A model generated the notes under the pieces. It ran no database searches and was not told where the DNA came from. It was given only the letters and a program-made list of their open reading frames with translations. DNA of 64,000 nucleotides from Diadema antillarum (Eukaryota): positions 682,001 through 746,000 of the forward strand of contig NW_027271496.1 in the NCBI RefSeq assembly GCF_040938485.1. Reading direction: 5' to 3'. The first letter of the stretch is position 1, and each line of letters opens with the position of its first letter. The position numbers and the translations under genes were made by a program. Positions 1 to 13,167 of the stretch are shown piece by piece.

Positions 1-198
1 AAGAACGACCCAAGTCCACCACACAAAATGGCCTCTCCACAATTAATGTAAATGTTAATTGTCAAGTTATGTTCTAATTTGTATATACAATGTTGCCTTC
101 CCATCACAGTTAAATAGAATATTATTGGACAAATAACAAAGACATGAAGTTTTTTTAAGTTTACTCGAAATGGTCTTCCATGGACTTGGGTCGTTCTT
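1..198. mobile_element. Small MITE, probably Tc1/mariner type
   Basis: 18 bp terminal inverted repeat: aagaacgacccaagtcca (1-18) and tggacttgggtcgttctt (181-198). The left flank is outside the window, so no TSD can be checked. Confidence 0.6.
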
Positions 199-596
199 AT
201 ATTCATATACTCATTTATAGTACATGTAATATCAATAAATAAATGAAAAAATAGTTTGCAATGAGTTTTATTTGGTTAATCCGACAGTGAAAGCAGGTGC
301 GTATATTTACAAACTTTCGGAATTAAGAACCTCATTAAATGTTTTATGATTAACGGACCTTCGGAATAACTAACCTTGTTTCATTTTTGGATAATAACTT
401 ACTTTCGAGATAAGGAATTGTGACTATTACGGCCGAATATATTATTACAAATTACAGTTGGAGAGGAATGGGTGTATAATTATACAGTTCCACTTCGGTC
501 TTAGTCTATTTACTCTGAAATAGTCATCTCACGAGACTGACTGTCTCTAAGCTGATATTTCTCACGTATACATTCTGTACATTGGGAGGAATCTTT

Positions 597-873
597 CCTG
601 CTGGAAAGAACAGTGTCCCTCAATGTGTACACTGTGCTCACATAGTCAACTCTGTGAAAACGCTCGAATTCAACAGCGTGAAGATTATTTCGCAATGTGG
701 TGTAAAATTTCACAGGATATTCACATAGTAATATTCTGTTTTACACTGTGAATTAATGATTGACACTGTGTGTTCACACTCTTAAAACGCTCGAATTCAA
801 CAGTGTGAAGAGATTTCACACTATGTTTTACGTTGTGTTTCACGTTGTGGGACACTGTGTTCTTTCCAGCAGG
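597..873. mobile_element. MITE; a related copy lies at about 41590-41730
   Basis: TIRs cctgctggaaagaacagtgtccc / gggacactgtgttctttccagcagg. The internal motif aaaacgctcgaattcaacag is repeated and recurs in the 41.6 kb copy. Confidence 0.6.
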
Positions 874-1068
874 GTTTATCGAATTTACCAATATTATTAT
901 TATATCATGTAGGTCTATACAGGGCCATCTGGGAAAACATGCGCAAAACAGACTACCAACTGCGAAATTACATCATACAATTTCACCGAGTGTCTTATTA
1001 TTACATTCATCTTTATCATCGTCATCAGCAGCAGCACAATCATAAAATTGCAATTTCACTTGTCGCAG

Positions 1069-1396
1069 ATTATTTCTACGTAGACTACAATTGTTGGTTT
1101 GGTGAACTTGAACAAACGGTAAAAACCACGATACCACGTAACTTCGGCCCTGGACAATGGCAGCTCTCCTTCAACTTTTATGCAACTGGTAATGGATTCC
1201 TGAACGTCACAACTAACTGTTACCGAAGCATACCCATAACCTTTTATCCTGCTGGAGATTTTACGGAAGAAAAACTGAATGTGAATTGTTCGGCCGGCTT
1301 TAAGGTTAGTTATATAGTTACCAAACAAGATTTGGGATTCACGTTTTCAAACGCAAAATATCCACACACTCACACACACACACGCAGACACACACA

Positions 1397-1428
<32 letters not shown>

Positions 1429-4400
1429 TTTGCACATAGGAATACGTTTGAGTTCATTTTAATTTACCACGGGTCACTCATTTCAGCCAATAACAATTAA
1501 AATTCTTCTGTGAGTTCGTGTAATCTAAATTTACAATGGCGAATTACATTTTTCTTTACATAGTAATAGTAAACGAAAAACAAAACATGCAGAATCATAA
1601 ACAAAAGTGAAGTAATTATGAATCAAAGTTGCTCAACAAAACCGCCACAGTTAACATACTGTCACAGCTCAATGCAGAAGATAATCTAGGCCTATTTGTC
1701 TTGATTTTTTTTTAATAGAGAGAGAGAGAGAAATATTTTGTTTTACATCATCTGAGAGACTGTTCCACGATACATGTTACATTATACGTTTCTTGAAATT
1801 TGAACATACCATACTTTATACGTACCATGTATATATTGTTTTTGCTTTTCTCAACGTAGGCCCTATAAGGGGACTGCTTGGTACGTGAGAACATTTCCAT
1901 ATAGGTGGCATGGCCTTAATAATTCTATACATTATAAATGTAATAACTGTTTATCATTTATTTCAGCAAATATGTTTATCTTGGTTCTCGAATTTCTGTG
2001 TGTGTGTCAAATTGAATGACTGAAGAAAGTCTCACAAAAGGACCCTCTTTCAATAAGTACAACTGGAGGGCTTCAATTGATAAAGGGTACACATGTGCAT
2101 GATCCATTCACATTTCATGGAAAGTGTTTGTTGTCACAAAATATGCTGCATTTCTTTATGTATTAGCAATCTTGTATTCTTTTGTAAACTCCCTCCAGAT
2201 TTCCTTCATTGCTGTAAGACAGAGAGGAGACGCATGCATCAAAATTGACGATATCATCGTGAGCAGACAATTTGTTACATCATGTAAGTCTTGGTCAGCC
2301 CTCTTTGTGTCGACATACCATATACAGTAAAAAAAAAAGAAGTTTAACTTATTATCATGTTTTGAAGGTTTAGAATTCATTTTATTCCGATGTTTCGTTA
2401 ATACGAAAACGAAATAAGGTTCGCAATTCCGAAGGTTCGTTAGTACCCACCTTCTTTTCAATTTCGGATTAACTAACTTTCGAAATAACGCACAGCACCC
2501 GTTTTTATGTGTTATGTATATTAGAGTTGTTTTTTTTTCTGCCTTGTGTTTGTTGTATGCCTAGAAATTTAGTTCTCACGAGTGTATCTTATTTCTTTTT
2601 CTCATGTGTATGTGTGTTTGTGTGTGTGCAGATGTAAACACAGATATCCCGTCTGACTCTCACACAAGTACGACGAACACCGCAGCTCCCGACGCCGAGC
2701 ACACCCTTTCCCATCACACCCAAGTGCCCATCCCTACCTCTCAAGCTATCACGACTCCTTTTACATCACGCACATCACCATCCCAGCCGAGTGCTGTTAC
2801 TGTTACTCCGGTCGAGAGCAATACGGACCAGCATAAATCTTTAGGTAGAGTTTCATCTTCAGTTTCCATGACATTGATATGATGAGAACTTTGTCGTCTT
2901 TGGCAGATGATTCTGCAATGGAATGTGATAGGTAATTATGTTGTTTTCGTTGAAACATAACAGTTTAATGTTCTTTTTTTTTCATTAAAAAAATGAAATG
3001 AAGGTTGCATAAACGTGATGATTACTATGATGAATACCATGTGATTGACTACGATAAGCAAGATGACAAAAAAAAATGTAGAAGCCATAATTTTCATGAC
3101 AATTGATTCCAAAAGATAAATCAATATAGTCTCAATTGAAATCAGTATTGATTGATGCATTATTGTTAGTAGTATTAGTTCTGAAAACTAGTTCTCAGAG
3201 ACAAGATTGCAGTTTATATTTGAATTAATGTTAAGTGACGAAATACTAGCCCCCATTTGAAGTAATTGACACATGATTGAGAGGACGACACAATCGCCTC
3301 ATTTGGAATCGTGGATATCTTAGAAAATAGCTGAAATTGGGAAATAGTCTTTCAAATTAACCTGATTCATAATTGAAACTAAATTTGAAGAAAATAAGCC
3401 AGCAACACCGATAAGAAAAGATGTACCAATATGCGCCTAAACATTACAGAGAGCACAGACGTGACAGAAGAAGGCATGTGGTATAACAAGTGTATAAGAA
3501 GCTAGATATTAAAATAATATGATAGAAGCACCATCAAATTGTAAAATGTTGCCACCGTGCTTTTCTTGAAATGCTTAATGTTGACGGCAACACCGATTTT
3601 GAACATGCGCTGCACAATCGAGCAAAACTGATCGGTATACTTGTAATCGCAATCGATATCCAGATGGTCCTATGCCGGTCCTCATCGCTACGGTGAGCAT
3701 CGTCGTGGTGATAGCTGTCGTTGCCATGGTTGCAGTTGTCGTCCTGTTGCACCGACGTCGAATAGGGTGAGTGCCCGCTATGCTGCGATCAATCAGCTGC
3801 AGGGGGGGGGGGGGGGGCGGGATTGGGAAGATTGATGAGGCAAGTTGTTATACAAAGTTACATGTCATGTTTCAAAGCAACAACATGACCTACTCATATA
3901 ATGCACATCAGGTTTACATCTTGTGAAGGAAAATTTAGCCAATGGCTGACAATTATAATGGTATACACATATCTATCTGGGGGGAGTTTCATAAAGCTGT
4001 TCGTAAAGTTACGAACAACTTACGAGCGACTGGTGATCAGTTCTTGTTCTGAATTAAAGAAATTCTTATAAGTATAGCACATCAGAACTGATCACCAGTC
4101 GCTCGTAAGTTGTTCGTAACTTTACGAACAGCTTTATGAAACAGGGTCCTGGTCTATGGCCCTACGTTTTGTTGTTTGTCTCTTTGTCCCTGTGAAATTG
4201 CAATTTCTATCGTTTATTCATTTTTATAACAATCTGATATCATTAGAGTACTTGCACGGAGATAAATATGAATACTACTCTCATTACAAAGAGAAGTCCA
4301 AATCTCTCCCGTTTTACAACATCGTTATCATGGGAAAGCTCCCGTTATAATATCATTTGCTCGTGTGTTTCCGGGTTTAAAGGTCTTATCCGGTAGTGCA

Positions 4401-7400
4401 GGATATCTGCAGGAAATTGAAGGTGATTTGAAACGGATATGCGTGGATGTATCTGTTCGACTTTGAGCATCACTTTTTTTTTCTTTTCCCCGAATCAAAA
4501 TACGTTTAGCAAAAGTGAAAATCAAATGTACCTGACCAGCGTCTCGGATGTCGGTGCGTTATAGGCAGAGAGTGCGGGAAATACACTTTATGAAGTCACC
4601 ATGTAAAACACGGAGGTGGCCACGACAAACCATCTCCATGGTATACCGTAGGCCTTAGTTCGCATGATAGCCGGACCTAAAAGAAAACAAACACTAAGCA
4701 GAAAAGAAAAATGGGGCACCTCCGGAAAATCTGCAACCACGAGAACCTTAGCATTAACCCTATAAAGCCCAAGCTATTTTGACCCCTTCCAGGGCCAAGG
4801 GGGGGGGGGGGGGGGGGGGGCACATTGTGCCCCCCCCCCCATATAACTTCTTTATTATAATTATGATGTATGACCGTCATATTTGGCGCATGGGTAGAAC
4901 AACTCGTACTCTACATGACCCAACATTTGAAATTTCTCAAGGTCATCCACTGAGGGCGCTATTTACCAAAATATAAAGAAATACATAGGAAATATGCTAA
5001 AATCATGGTTTTTCTTTTTATTTCTTTTTCCCCAGTATATATGTTTCTATTTTATATCAATAATTTTCATATTTACCATAAAGGAAAAGCAAGTCAACCT
5101 TCACTATATGTTATGGTTGAAATTTCTCACGGTCAACATGTGGGGGCGCTATTCATTACAATATAAAGAAATTTATGAAACCTATGATGTATTGCTTGGA
5201 ATGGGTACATATATTGGTATCACATTTCATATTTTCCAAATATTGAAATTTTGAGTTTGCAGTTTGATGATAAGATAAACAAATGATATTACAGGCAAAG
5301 CTTGTGTGAAAATAACACAGAATAAAAGGGTAGTCTTTGAAAAATGCTGTATTTTCGATTATTTCTGTTATATCTATTGTTTGATGCCTATGTCACATAA
5401 AAATAAAGGAAATAATAAGAAGAGCATTTCAGGGTAATTCACAACCATAATTACTTCACATTTTGGTCCTTCAGCAAATTACAGCCAAGAAAACACCCAT
5501 TTCATCCATTATCATACTGTTAATTGAAATGGGAACAGACAATCATGCAAAATCTGACGAACATGGTTGTCAGTTTACGGTTGTCATGGCAACCAGCAAT
5601 ATCGGACATAATTTAATTATATATCAAAATGTTTGCAATAAGATTCTAGGAAAAGTCACAAAATTTAGTTGAAATCGAGTAAAGGGTGTGGGAGTGGCTA
5701 ACGAAAATATGGCAGGGGGGCACAATGTGCCCCCCCCCCCCCTTGGGCTTTATAGGGTTAACATGAAATTGCATATTATGTGTTTCAGTTTGCACTTATA
5801 CAGGATATATGCTAATAGGCCCTATCAGTTCCTTATCAAATGCGAATTATTACCGAGGGTACTGATTGAACAATTAAGTTCATGAAGTTTTAAGCCTATT
5901 TTCCCCTAACAAAGAATAAGGGCACTTCAAAACTGGATGCCTGTGTAGCGCCGAAACTTTTCGGGTGGGGGAGGACCTTTCATAAAACACAGATATTAAT
6001 ACGCAGCGGAAGAATTTTTGTTGGGCTTATTGTTATGTGTATGTACTATTATGTTAACATACACTAACACTCAAAATATATCCCCACCTTTCGGTCTACG
6101 GGAAGGGTTCAAACATAAGTACAGTGTGCAACAAGTCACATCAATATCACTCAGTCACAACTATACGCATTCACACATACAGCATGGTGAAACACTTTCA
6201 TCTACACTCACCATCATACATACTATGCTCACCAGTAAGGAGTAATTTAAATAAATTTACTACCATGACTGCTGATCAATAACTATTAAGACAACTGTCT
6301 TTAAAGGAGATATATAGCTTCCTTTAATGTTTATATAAAGAAACGTATATACATTATTTACAATGTTTACAAAAACTTCATGCCAGTGGCATTTCGAAAC
6401 TCTTGATCACATTATCTTATACGTGTGTATCTACACACAGCAAACTTAATCTTCATTCATTCCTTATTCTATTTGACACTGTTAGAGGGTTTTGTAATTA
6501 TTTGCGTTTCAGCCAATTAGGTCTGTTGTAAGAGGGCCATCCTCCTCATTGCTGGATTATAGCTGAAAGGAGATGAAAGTTGAGAATCTTTACTAAAGAA
6601 GCTGAAATCGCATCCTCTTCCTCCAAGAGGCAAATTCAGAAAGAGCTTATTAGTATTACCAATTATGGTAAATCAATCATAACTCATTATATTTCTTAAA
6701 TATGATTATCGATTATCACATCATCAATTCTTATCGATTAATCCAGTTAGTATAATTTTGTAACATAAAACGCATGCAGAAGTAAATATGGCAAATGCAC
6801 GATCTGTTCAGCAAAGCTTTCGAAAAGATACATTCCGAGCTTGATGTGGTATTGCTGCCAAAGGTAGATAGCTCCAGTCTACCTGATTGTCCTGACAATA
6901 CCAATTATTGATTTGGCTTATCCAAAAAGTTATGTGACTTTCATTTAAAGTCATGCATTTCTGGCATAAAATCATTGCATCACGCGCAGCATTAAACCAA
7001 GCTGAACAAATGTACAAATGACCATGTACATGTCTTGAGGTATTAGTATGATATACTAGTGATATCTTATTCCAAATAATCTACTAAAATTATTGTTCAC
7101 TCAATTTATCCATATGCATAGACATGTGGTAAATAAGTTGTGGTGGCTTACATCACCAAAACTCATCTAAAATCTTCTACATCCCTATGCAGAATAATCT
7201 GAAATGGCATACGAATAATAATTCTTCAATTCGAATATCATATAAAAGCTGATTCAATATGATTTGCTTACCTGAAAGGAGATGAAAGTTGAGAATCTTT
7301 ACTAAAGAAGTTGAAATCGCATCCTCTTCCTCCAAGAGGCAAATTCAGAAAGAGGAAGAGGGATGGCTTGGCTGATGCAAGATGGGGATGGCTGTACCAT

Positions 7401-9940
7401 CTTGCTAGATGAATAGGGGTAATACTGTACTTGAGGGGTTATTGGTTGTTCAGGTAACGCAAACCAAGAACTCAATCGATCTCATATCGACATATATTAT
7501 TCTTTGTACATTATCAATCATAACAAAGTGTATTTCCTGATTTCTTCATCAGTAAAAATACTCAAATAAATTGTTCTTACGAACTTTTAACAAAAATGGA
7601 ATATTCCAACTTCAGAGCTTTGTTCTCTACCCTTTGTTTCTAGGAAACAGACGAAAAAGTTACTTGAGATGGAGAGAGAAAAGGGAAAGGGACAGAGAGG
7701 GAGAGAGAGAAGGGGAGTGGTGCAGTGACTCACCATCCCATGGTCCAGTCTGGCATATAATCATGTGTGCGTTGCCATGGGAACCGCACTGAGCACTGGA
7801 GTGTGCATGGTCCACTGTAGACTGACCATGGCATGAGTGGCCAAAATGGAATGTCCATTCACTGCACAGTATCTGACTTTCACTTTGGAGTTGGCACATT
7901 CATACACATAGATTTTATACATGCTAAAAGGTACAAACCATATCTTTAATGTTGCACCTAACAGGGGCTACACCTGTATGCACTTCATTTCGCTAATGTT
8001 CATGCAAAAGATTCAGCTAGATTTCAACTGGTACAAAACATAGCAGAAAAAAAAATCACTCGCTCGCAATAACCTCCACTTGCTCCTTATCTGTAAATGA
8101 GTATACTCCTCGCATACAAATTAAGCACTGGTGAAGCTCCGTCCTACATATGAAGAGTTTGTTTGCAAAAACCGATAAGTCCATTTTTGAAGATTTTGAA
8201 GTTCGGTCTCTGTCATAAAGTACAAAATAATACCTTTGAAATGATATATTGGTCACTACATATAAAGGTACATTTTTAAAGTTATGGTCAACAGAAGCAA
8301 AAATTTTCTTATTATTCTCTTTATTTTTCTTGACCTTTAATCGCAGATAGGCCTATTTCAATTTGACAAATATGGACTTATCGGTTTTTGCAAACAAACT
8401 CTTCATATCTTACCTCATCCGTGCACTCCGATCGCAACACCAACTACTTCTTTTAGTCCACCGCTTGTGAATCAACACTCAGTCACTACGGCTAAAGTAC
8501 CTTTTCTGTCATGGCGCCCACCCTCTGGAACATTTTGCCCATCTCTGTCCGTACTGCATCAACTCCAGAAACCTTCGAGACAGGGCCCTGTTTCATTATA
8601 AGATGTTCGTAAAGTTACGAACAACTTACGAGTGACTGGTGATCAAAGATCTGATGTGTCATACTTATCAGAATTTCCATAATTCAGCACAAGAACTAAT
8701 CACCGGTCGCTGGTAAGTCGTTCGTAACTTTACCAACAGCTTTATGAAACACCCCCAGGACTCAAAACTGATTCTTTTAAAGACGCTCTTAATTCAAAAA
8801 GTTGATTGTAGCACACGATCTTACATTATTATCATTTGCACTTTTTGTGATTATTGTTTTATATTCTTATTCAATCTTGATCATCAAACATGCTCTACTG
8901 TAAAGTGCCTAAAGACGACCATGTAACATGAGATGAGTACAATGTAATTATTGTAATTATTGAAGTAGATGGAGGAGCTAAGGAATGAAAACAGTGTACT
9001 ATTTCAAACCTTAGTTCACTTGATGACTGCGCACTTTGTTAAAGCAATACACTCTCCATACAAGTTCTGATAAAGTTCTCTTACTCATTTCTCATCCTCA
9101 TGCGTACCACTAATCTTTTACAGCAGAAAGTCACGTGACCCAAATCCCGCCAAACAGCTGGCTTCTCATGGGGATGTCCATGGTAACCCAGCCTTCTCAG
9201 CAGCTGAGCCACGGGAAGCTACCGGACTCGTTGGCGATATGTACGTGACCCAAGACGTCATACTGGCGAGGAAGGCTGCTCAGGGCGATTCGCTGAACAA
9301 ATCACGTGCCTGCAGCGACGCAGACGACGTTACCTACGATGATCTCGATAGAGAAGATTTGATGCCGTTAAATAAGAAGTCTGAAGATGACAAGACGACG
9401 GCAACTCTCCATAGCGAGGAAGAATACGATTCTCTGGTGCGTGAGCTGAACACGAGATCCGAGCAGCCCGGCCAAGGAAAGGATCTTACAGAGCAGCAGG
9501 GCAAAGGACCAACGGACGCTGGTGACGAGTACCAAACTCTCGCACGAACCGACAAGCCTGGCGTCAAGACTCAGGCAAAGACGTCTGGGAACGATGTGAT
9601 GTTGAAGACTGTACGAAACCATGACAACGAGGATGGATCAGCTGCCAAACAACCTCTATACCAGAATCTGCGAGCAGACCAGGCGATGGGAGACAAACCT
9701 TTGGTGGACGATGCGCTCAATCACGAATACTATGACGTACTTCTTCATAGCGGTACTACCATCGGAAACGCACATCATCATACGGAAGAGCCACGTCACC
9801 ATGGCAACCAAGATTCGTTAGATGCTGATACAAGTGGCTACTATTCAGTGATGATGTCTGACACTGACGGGATGCAAAACAGTGCTTCAAGCCAGCATGA
9901 ACCACCAAGCAGCAGTGATGTGTACGGAGAAGTAGCTTGA
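1069..9940 (+). CDS. 5'-partial single-pass membrane receptor: MAM-like domain, mucin-like stalk, TM helix, long Tyr-motif cytoplasmic tail (about 484 aa in window)
   Basis: Five AG/GT-bounded, phase-compatible exons: 1069-1304, 2199-2283, 2632-2844, 3664-3766, 9124-9940. MAM-like features LSFNFYATGNGFLNV and ISFIAVRQRGDACIKIDDIIV. T/S/P-rich exon 3. TM exon VLIATVSIVVVIAVVAMVAVVVLL followed by HRRR. The last exon contains the 233 aa ORF 9239-9940. Confidence 0.8.
1364..1430. repeat. (CA)n microsatellite
   Basis: Direct reading; explains the HTHTHT tail of ORF 939-1439. Confidence 0.95.
3979..4151. mobile_element. Palindromic (foldback) MITE, possibly PIF/Harbinger-like; second copy at 8581-8760
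   Basis: About 58 bp perfect inverted arms: tttcataaagctgttcgtaaagttacgaacaacttacgagcgactggtgatcagttct and its reverse complement. Confidence 0.75.
4758..5757. mobile_element. Non-autonomous piggyBac-like element, copy 1 (1.0 kb)
   Basis: TTAA on both sides (4754-4757, 5758-5761). TIR CCCTATAAAGCCCAAG / CTTGGGCTTTATAGGG. Subterminal GGGGCACA(A/T)TGTGCCCC motifs. No coding capacity. Confidence 0.8.
6565..7354. repeat. Pair of near-identical ~80 bp direct repeats (about 6565-6646 and 7273-7354)
   Basis: tgaaaggagatgaaagttgagaatctttactaaagaag(c/t)tgaaatcgcatcctcttcctccaagaggcaaattcagaaagag occurs twice, about 708 bp apart. Confidence 0.85.
8147..8409. repeat. ~40 bp inverted repeat pair (MITE-like)
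   Basis: atatgaagagtttgtttgcaaaaaccgataagtccat at 8148 is the reverse complement of atggacttatcggtttttgcaaacaaactcttcatat at 8372. Confidence 0.7.
8415..8575 (+). mobile_element. L2/CR1-type LINE ORF2 3' relic
   Basis: Degenerate translation RALRS...LL.VP...YG...FSV.APTLWN.LP.SVR.AS...TF, typical of L2 ORF2 C-termini. Confidence 0.55.
8581..8760. mobile_element. Palindromic MITE, diverged copy of 3979-4151
   Basis: Same arms (gttcgtaaagttacgaacaacttacgag...ctggtgatc) with mismatches. Confidence 0.7.
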
Positions 9941-12732
9941 ATCTTGTACATGCATTTACTACAAGGGACTGCGCTGCGTATGATTTCTGGAACATTAGTT
10001 CAAAATATGGTTACCAGTAAACTATAATTCAATTATAAATTATGTTTCTAGACTACATTAGGAAATCTTGCTGCAAGTCCTACTTAAATCAGAGCTGTCT
10101 GGTCTATATAGCTATACAATGTAGAGTTTATTTGCATAACATGTACATTGGATTAAATTCTAGGATACCTCCTGGAAATCTGGAAGGTTCACTTTGATTT
10201 CAAAGGACATGGAACGCAACAAAAACATCCGTATACACTGAGATGTGCTTGGTAGTAGTAGGTAAATGGCTTCGATAAAAGTATATTTCAATCGGGAAAA
10301 AAATGACAATATGACAATTATGTAGATGTATGTTCCGTAATCTTTATTAAAGACGTAGATATATGTCGTAGATATTGCTGTAATGTATCTATGCCCTGTT
10401 GGTAGTTTTAAAGGCTGAAGAGTTTTGATAATTCCCAAGAAGAATATAGAATAACACTGTAATTAATTTACAGTTAGATGATCATACATTTGAACATGTA
10501 GCAAGTTTGAGATTTTTTTGGTACTTTGATATTCAAAATTATTGTCAAATAATACCACTTTTGCTGTCAGGTGGGTATGGTTACAATATCAATAGAAAGA
10601 GATTTGTAATACATTCAATGCAAAATGATAAGATGGCTGCTTTCCCCAGCGTTGATTGACGGATCAGTCTGTTTGGTCTACATAAGTTTATTCTTTGTGT
10701 GAACAGGATTGACGAATCTCCAAAATTGTTACATGAAGTTTATGCTTTATGTCGCTTTGAAAACGAGTGCAGTCACTGTGCCCCTACCAGACTGACAAAC
10801 CAGAAAGGTCATTCGTATCGCGTACCAATGTACCCATGAACCAACTCCGAACTGGCATATTATGACTACTTCTAAATTGTATACGCTCTCTAAGAAAAAA
10901 GAAGAAGAAAGAAAACGAGTGGAAATGTTTGCTTTTGAAGGGGTGAATGAGCATGATTACCAAATAGAGTGAGTTTGGAGTGAAATGGGAGTGAATTTTG
11001 AATGAAGATATTTATTTTCACTGATTTTGGAGTGACCTGAGGAATCATTCAGATTTTCGAGTGATCCCTGAGGTCACTCACAAAAAAAGTGACAAAAAAT
11101 CACCCCATATTCACTACGATTTCACTCTAAATTCACTCTTTTCTGAAATTCACTCTTTTGTGAGTGAACATTTTCACTGTTGATTTTTTTAAGAGAGAGA
11201 GAGCATGGAAGGTACCCGAGGGTATAAGTTACTCTCACAGAGAAGATGAAATAAATTTCTTTGTTTTTTTTTTTATGTATACTGTTTATAGCGTTGGTTA
11301 CTGCGATTAAAATGGGATTGACGTTCATAACTGACATTCAGTTCACAGTGGCTGATTAATTGTATAGTCAGAGATATGACAACATTTTTTTTTACGCCTA
11401 TCAATCAAAAAACATGTTTATACAAAGCAATGCAATTGTATTATTATATTGCTCAGTGTTAATATCGTAAGAGACCTATCTTTACGTGTATCACAGTGAT
11501 GTGAGTAATATTTTTTATTCGGATCTACATTTCTGTTTTAATTGGGTAATTTGACCCAAATCCCGATACCATTTCGAACCCCAAAATAGTATCCCTGACA
11601 TTAAAAAAAAAAAAAAATCCAGTTACATATTGTTTGATAGCATCATAACCATTGAAATCTATGGCATAGTAAAACGGTCATGTGATATCCATGACTAAGC
11701 CCCAAGACGTTGGATATTCATTATAATCATGTCCTTAATATTCACGTCTGGAAATGTATGTTATTTGTTGTAATATTTAGTCATTGAGTTATCCATACGC
11801 AATGCCACTCTTTGTTCTCGATCACCATACATATATTTGGTACCCTACCATCCCAATAGTGAAAGGTATCTTTGATATGAGTGAGTACTTAGGAATGTCA
11901 ACTGACCACAAAGCTTGCCCTGTGCTGGGTGAATAAACCTCACTTGTATTTTAGCTCTCAACCTCTCAAATCATGTGTGATGTGTCTCCTTTCTTCAGAA
12001 TATGAGAGTAAGTGTAAAATTGGACCATGTGACTACTTCAAAGTTTCTCCAGTACATTAAAGGTCATATCTTTGATACGGGACGGGTTTGTTTTTTATTT
12101 TGTTGCTGATATTTTGGGGGGTGCAGACAGCTCCAAAACATATAGATTCTGCACTGAGAGGAAGCCTAAACGTCACAAAGGTAAATGCAACTTGCCAAGC
12201 TATGTTGGGATCGATGTTACTTGATAGTTTGAATGATTGCGCAATCAGAGAAACATGCTGGGAAACAAATACTGCGCAAAAAAAAAAAAAAAATGAAGAT
12301 ATCCGATGGCAGTAGTGGGGAAAACCAGAGAGGTGTCGCAATAAATGCGTGCATAGGTAAACAACTGCAGTAGACATGGTAGAGCGCTCTTGAATAGGAA
12401 CTTTAGAATACTGTGTACAGAGCAGCGAGTAACGTGAACTCACATCTACTCGGAATACTGTGCCATATTCAGGTGATATTGAACATTAAACATTGCAGCT
12501 ATCCCCAGTGCTGATGACTTTTTGAGTCTGACAAGCTTTTGAAATCCTGCGATCTTTGAAAACAGTGAACGTTTATATAAGACATCGACCAATAAACTGG
12601 CAGCCAGAAGCAAAGGAACCTGGATTCTCTGTATAGTGAAATTCTTTGTCAGTGGTGTAGACCTCCTGCCTGATCTTATTTCGACCGACATTATTTTGTT
12701 ATACCCCATTGTTGCACTTGACATTATCAGGA

Positions 12733-13167
12733 ATGGCAACGTCTCAGCAAACAAAGGCACAGTCTACAGGGAAGAACAAGAGTGAGGGCCGTTATAAGTT
12801 TCTACAGGCAGACGTAACTGGTGTTGTGAAGATCTTTTTACCCGACAACGGGTACGGCTTTATCCACGGCCCTCCAGACGGGAATTCCTCTTTTGACACC
12901 TCTGTCGTTGACATCGACAATTTGGACGATTTGCACGCAGATATCTATTTCCACCGCTCCCATCTAATTGTCAACAACAAACTGCGCTGGTATCTGCGCA
13001 ACACAAAAAAGGGAGACGAAGTCACCTATGACTTGTGGGTCGGACCAAAGGGGTACGTCGCCCGTCGAGTGAGAGTAACTTATGAGGCGCCTTTTTGCCC
13101 AGATGACGACGACGACGAATATGACAGTTATGAAGAAGACGATGATTTCTTTCCCTTTGATTTTTAG
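12733..13167 (+). CDS. Stand-alone cold-shock-domain (OB-fold) nucleic-acid-binding protein, 144 aa, single coding exon
   Basis: Motifs TGVVKIF, RNP1-like DNGYGFI, RNP2-like DIYFH, GDEVTY and GPKGYVARRV. Acidic/aromatic tail DDDDDEYDSYEEDDDFFPFDF. The ATG at 12733 follows a candidate acceptor (ttatcag|ga ATG); the ORF track start at 12709 is a non-ATG upstream codon. Confidence 0.8.
   Translation: MATSQQTKAQSTGKNKSEGRYKFLQADVTGVVKIFLPDNGYGFIHGPPDGNSSFDTSVVDIDNLDDLHADIYFHRSHLIVNNKLRWYLRNTKKGDEVTYDLWVGPKGYVARRVRVTYEAPFCPDDDDDEYDSYEEDDDFFPFDF

Noticed and set aside
939-1439. 166 aa ORF as a complete gene
   Set aside because: Only 1069-1304 is exon; the rest is intron read-through ending in a (CA)n microsatellite.
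4156-4350. Possible extra cytoplasmic exon of the MAM receptor
   Set aside because: The phase-2 reading needed after the TM exon hits a stop immediately; the TM exon joins 9124 cleanly without it.
12446-12760. 104 aa minus-strand ORF overlapping the CSD start
   Set aside because: No recognisable motif; most likely a chance ORF.
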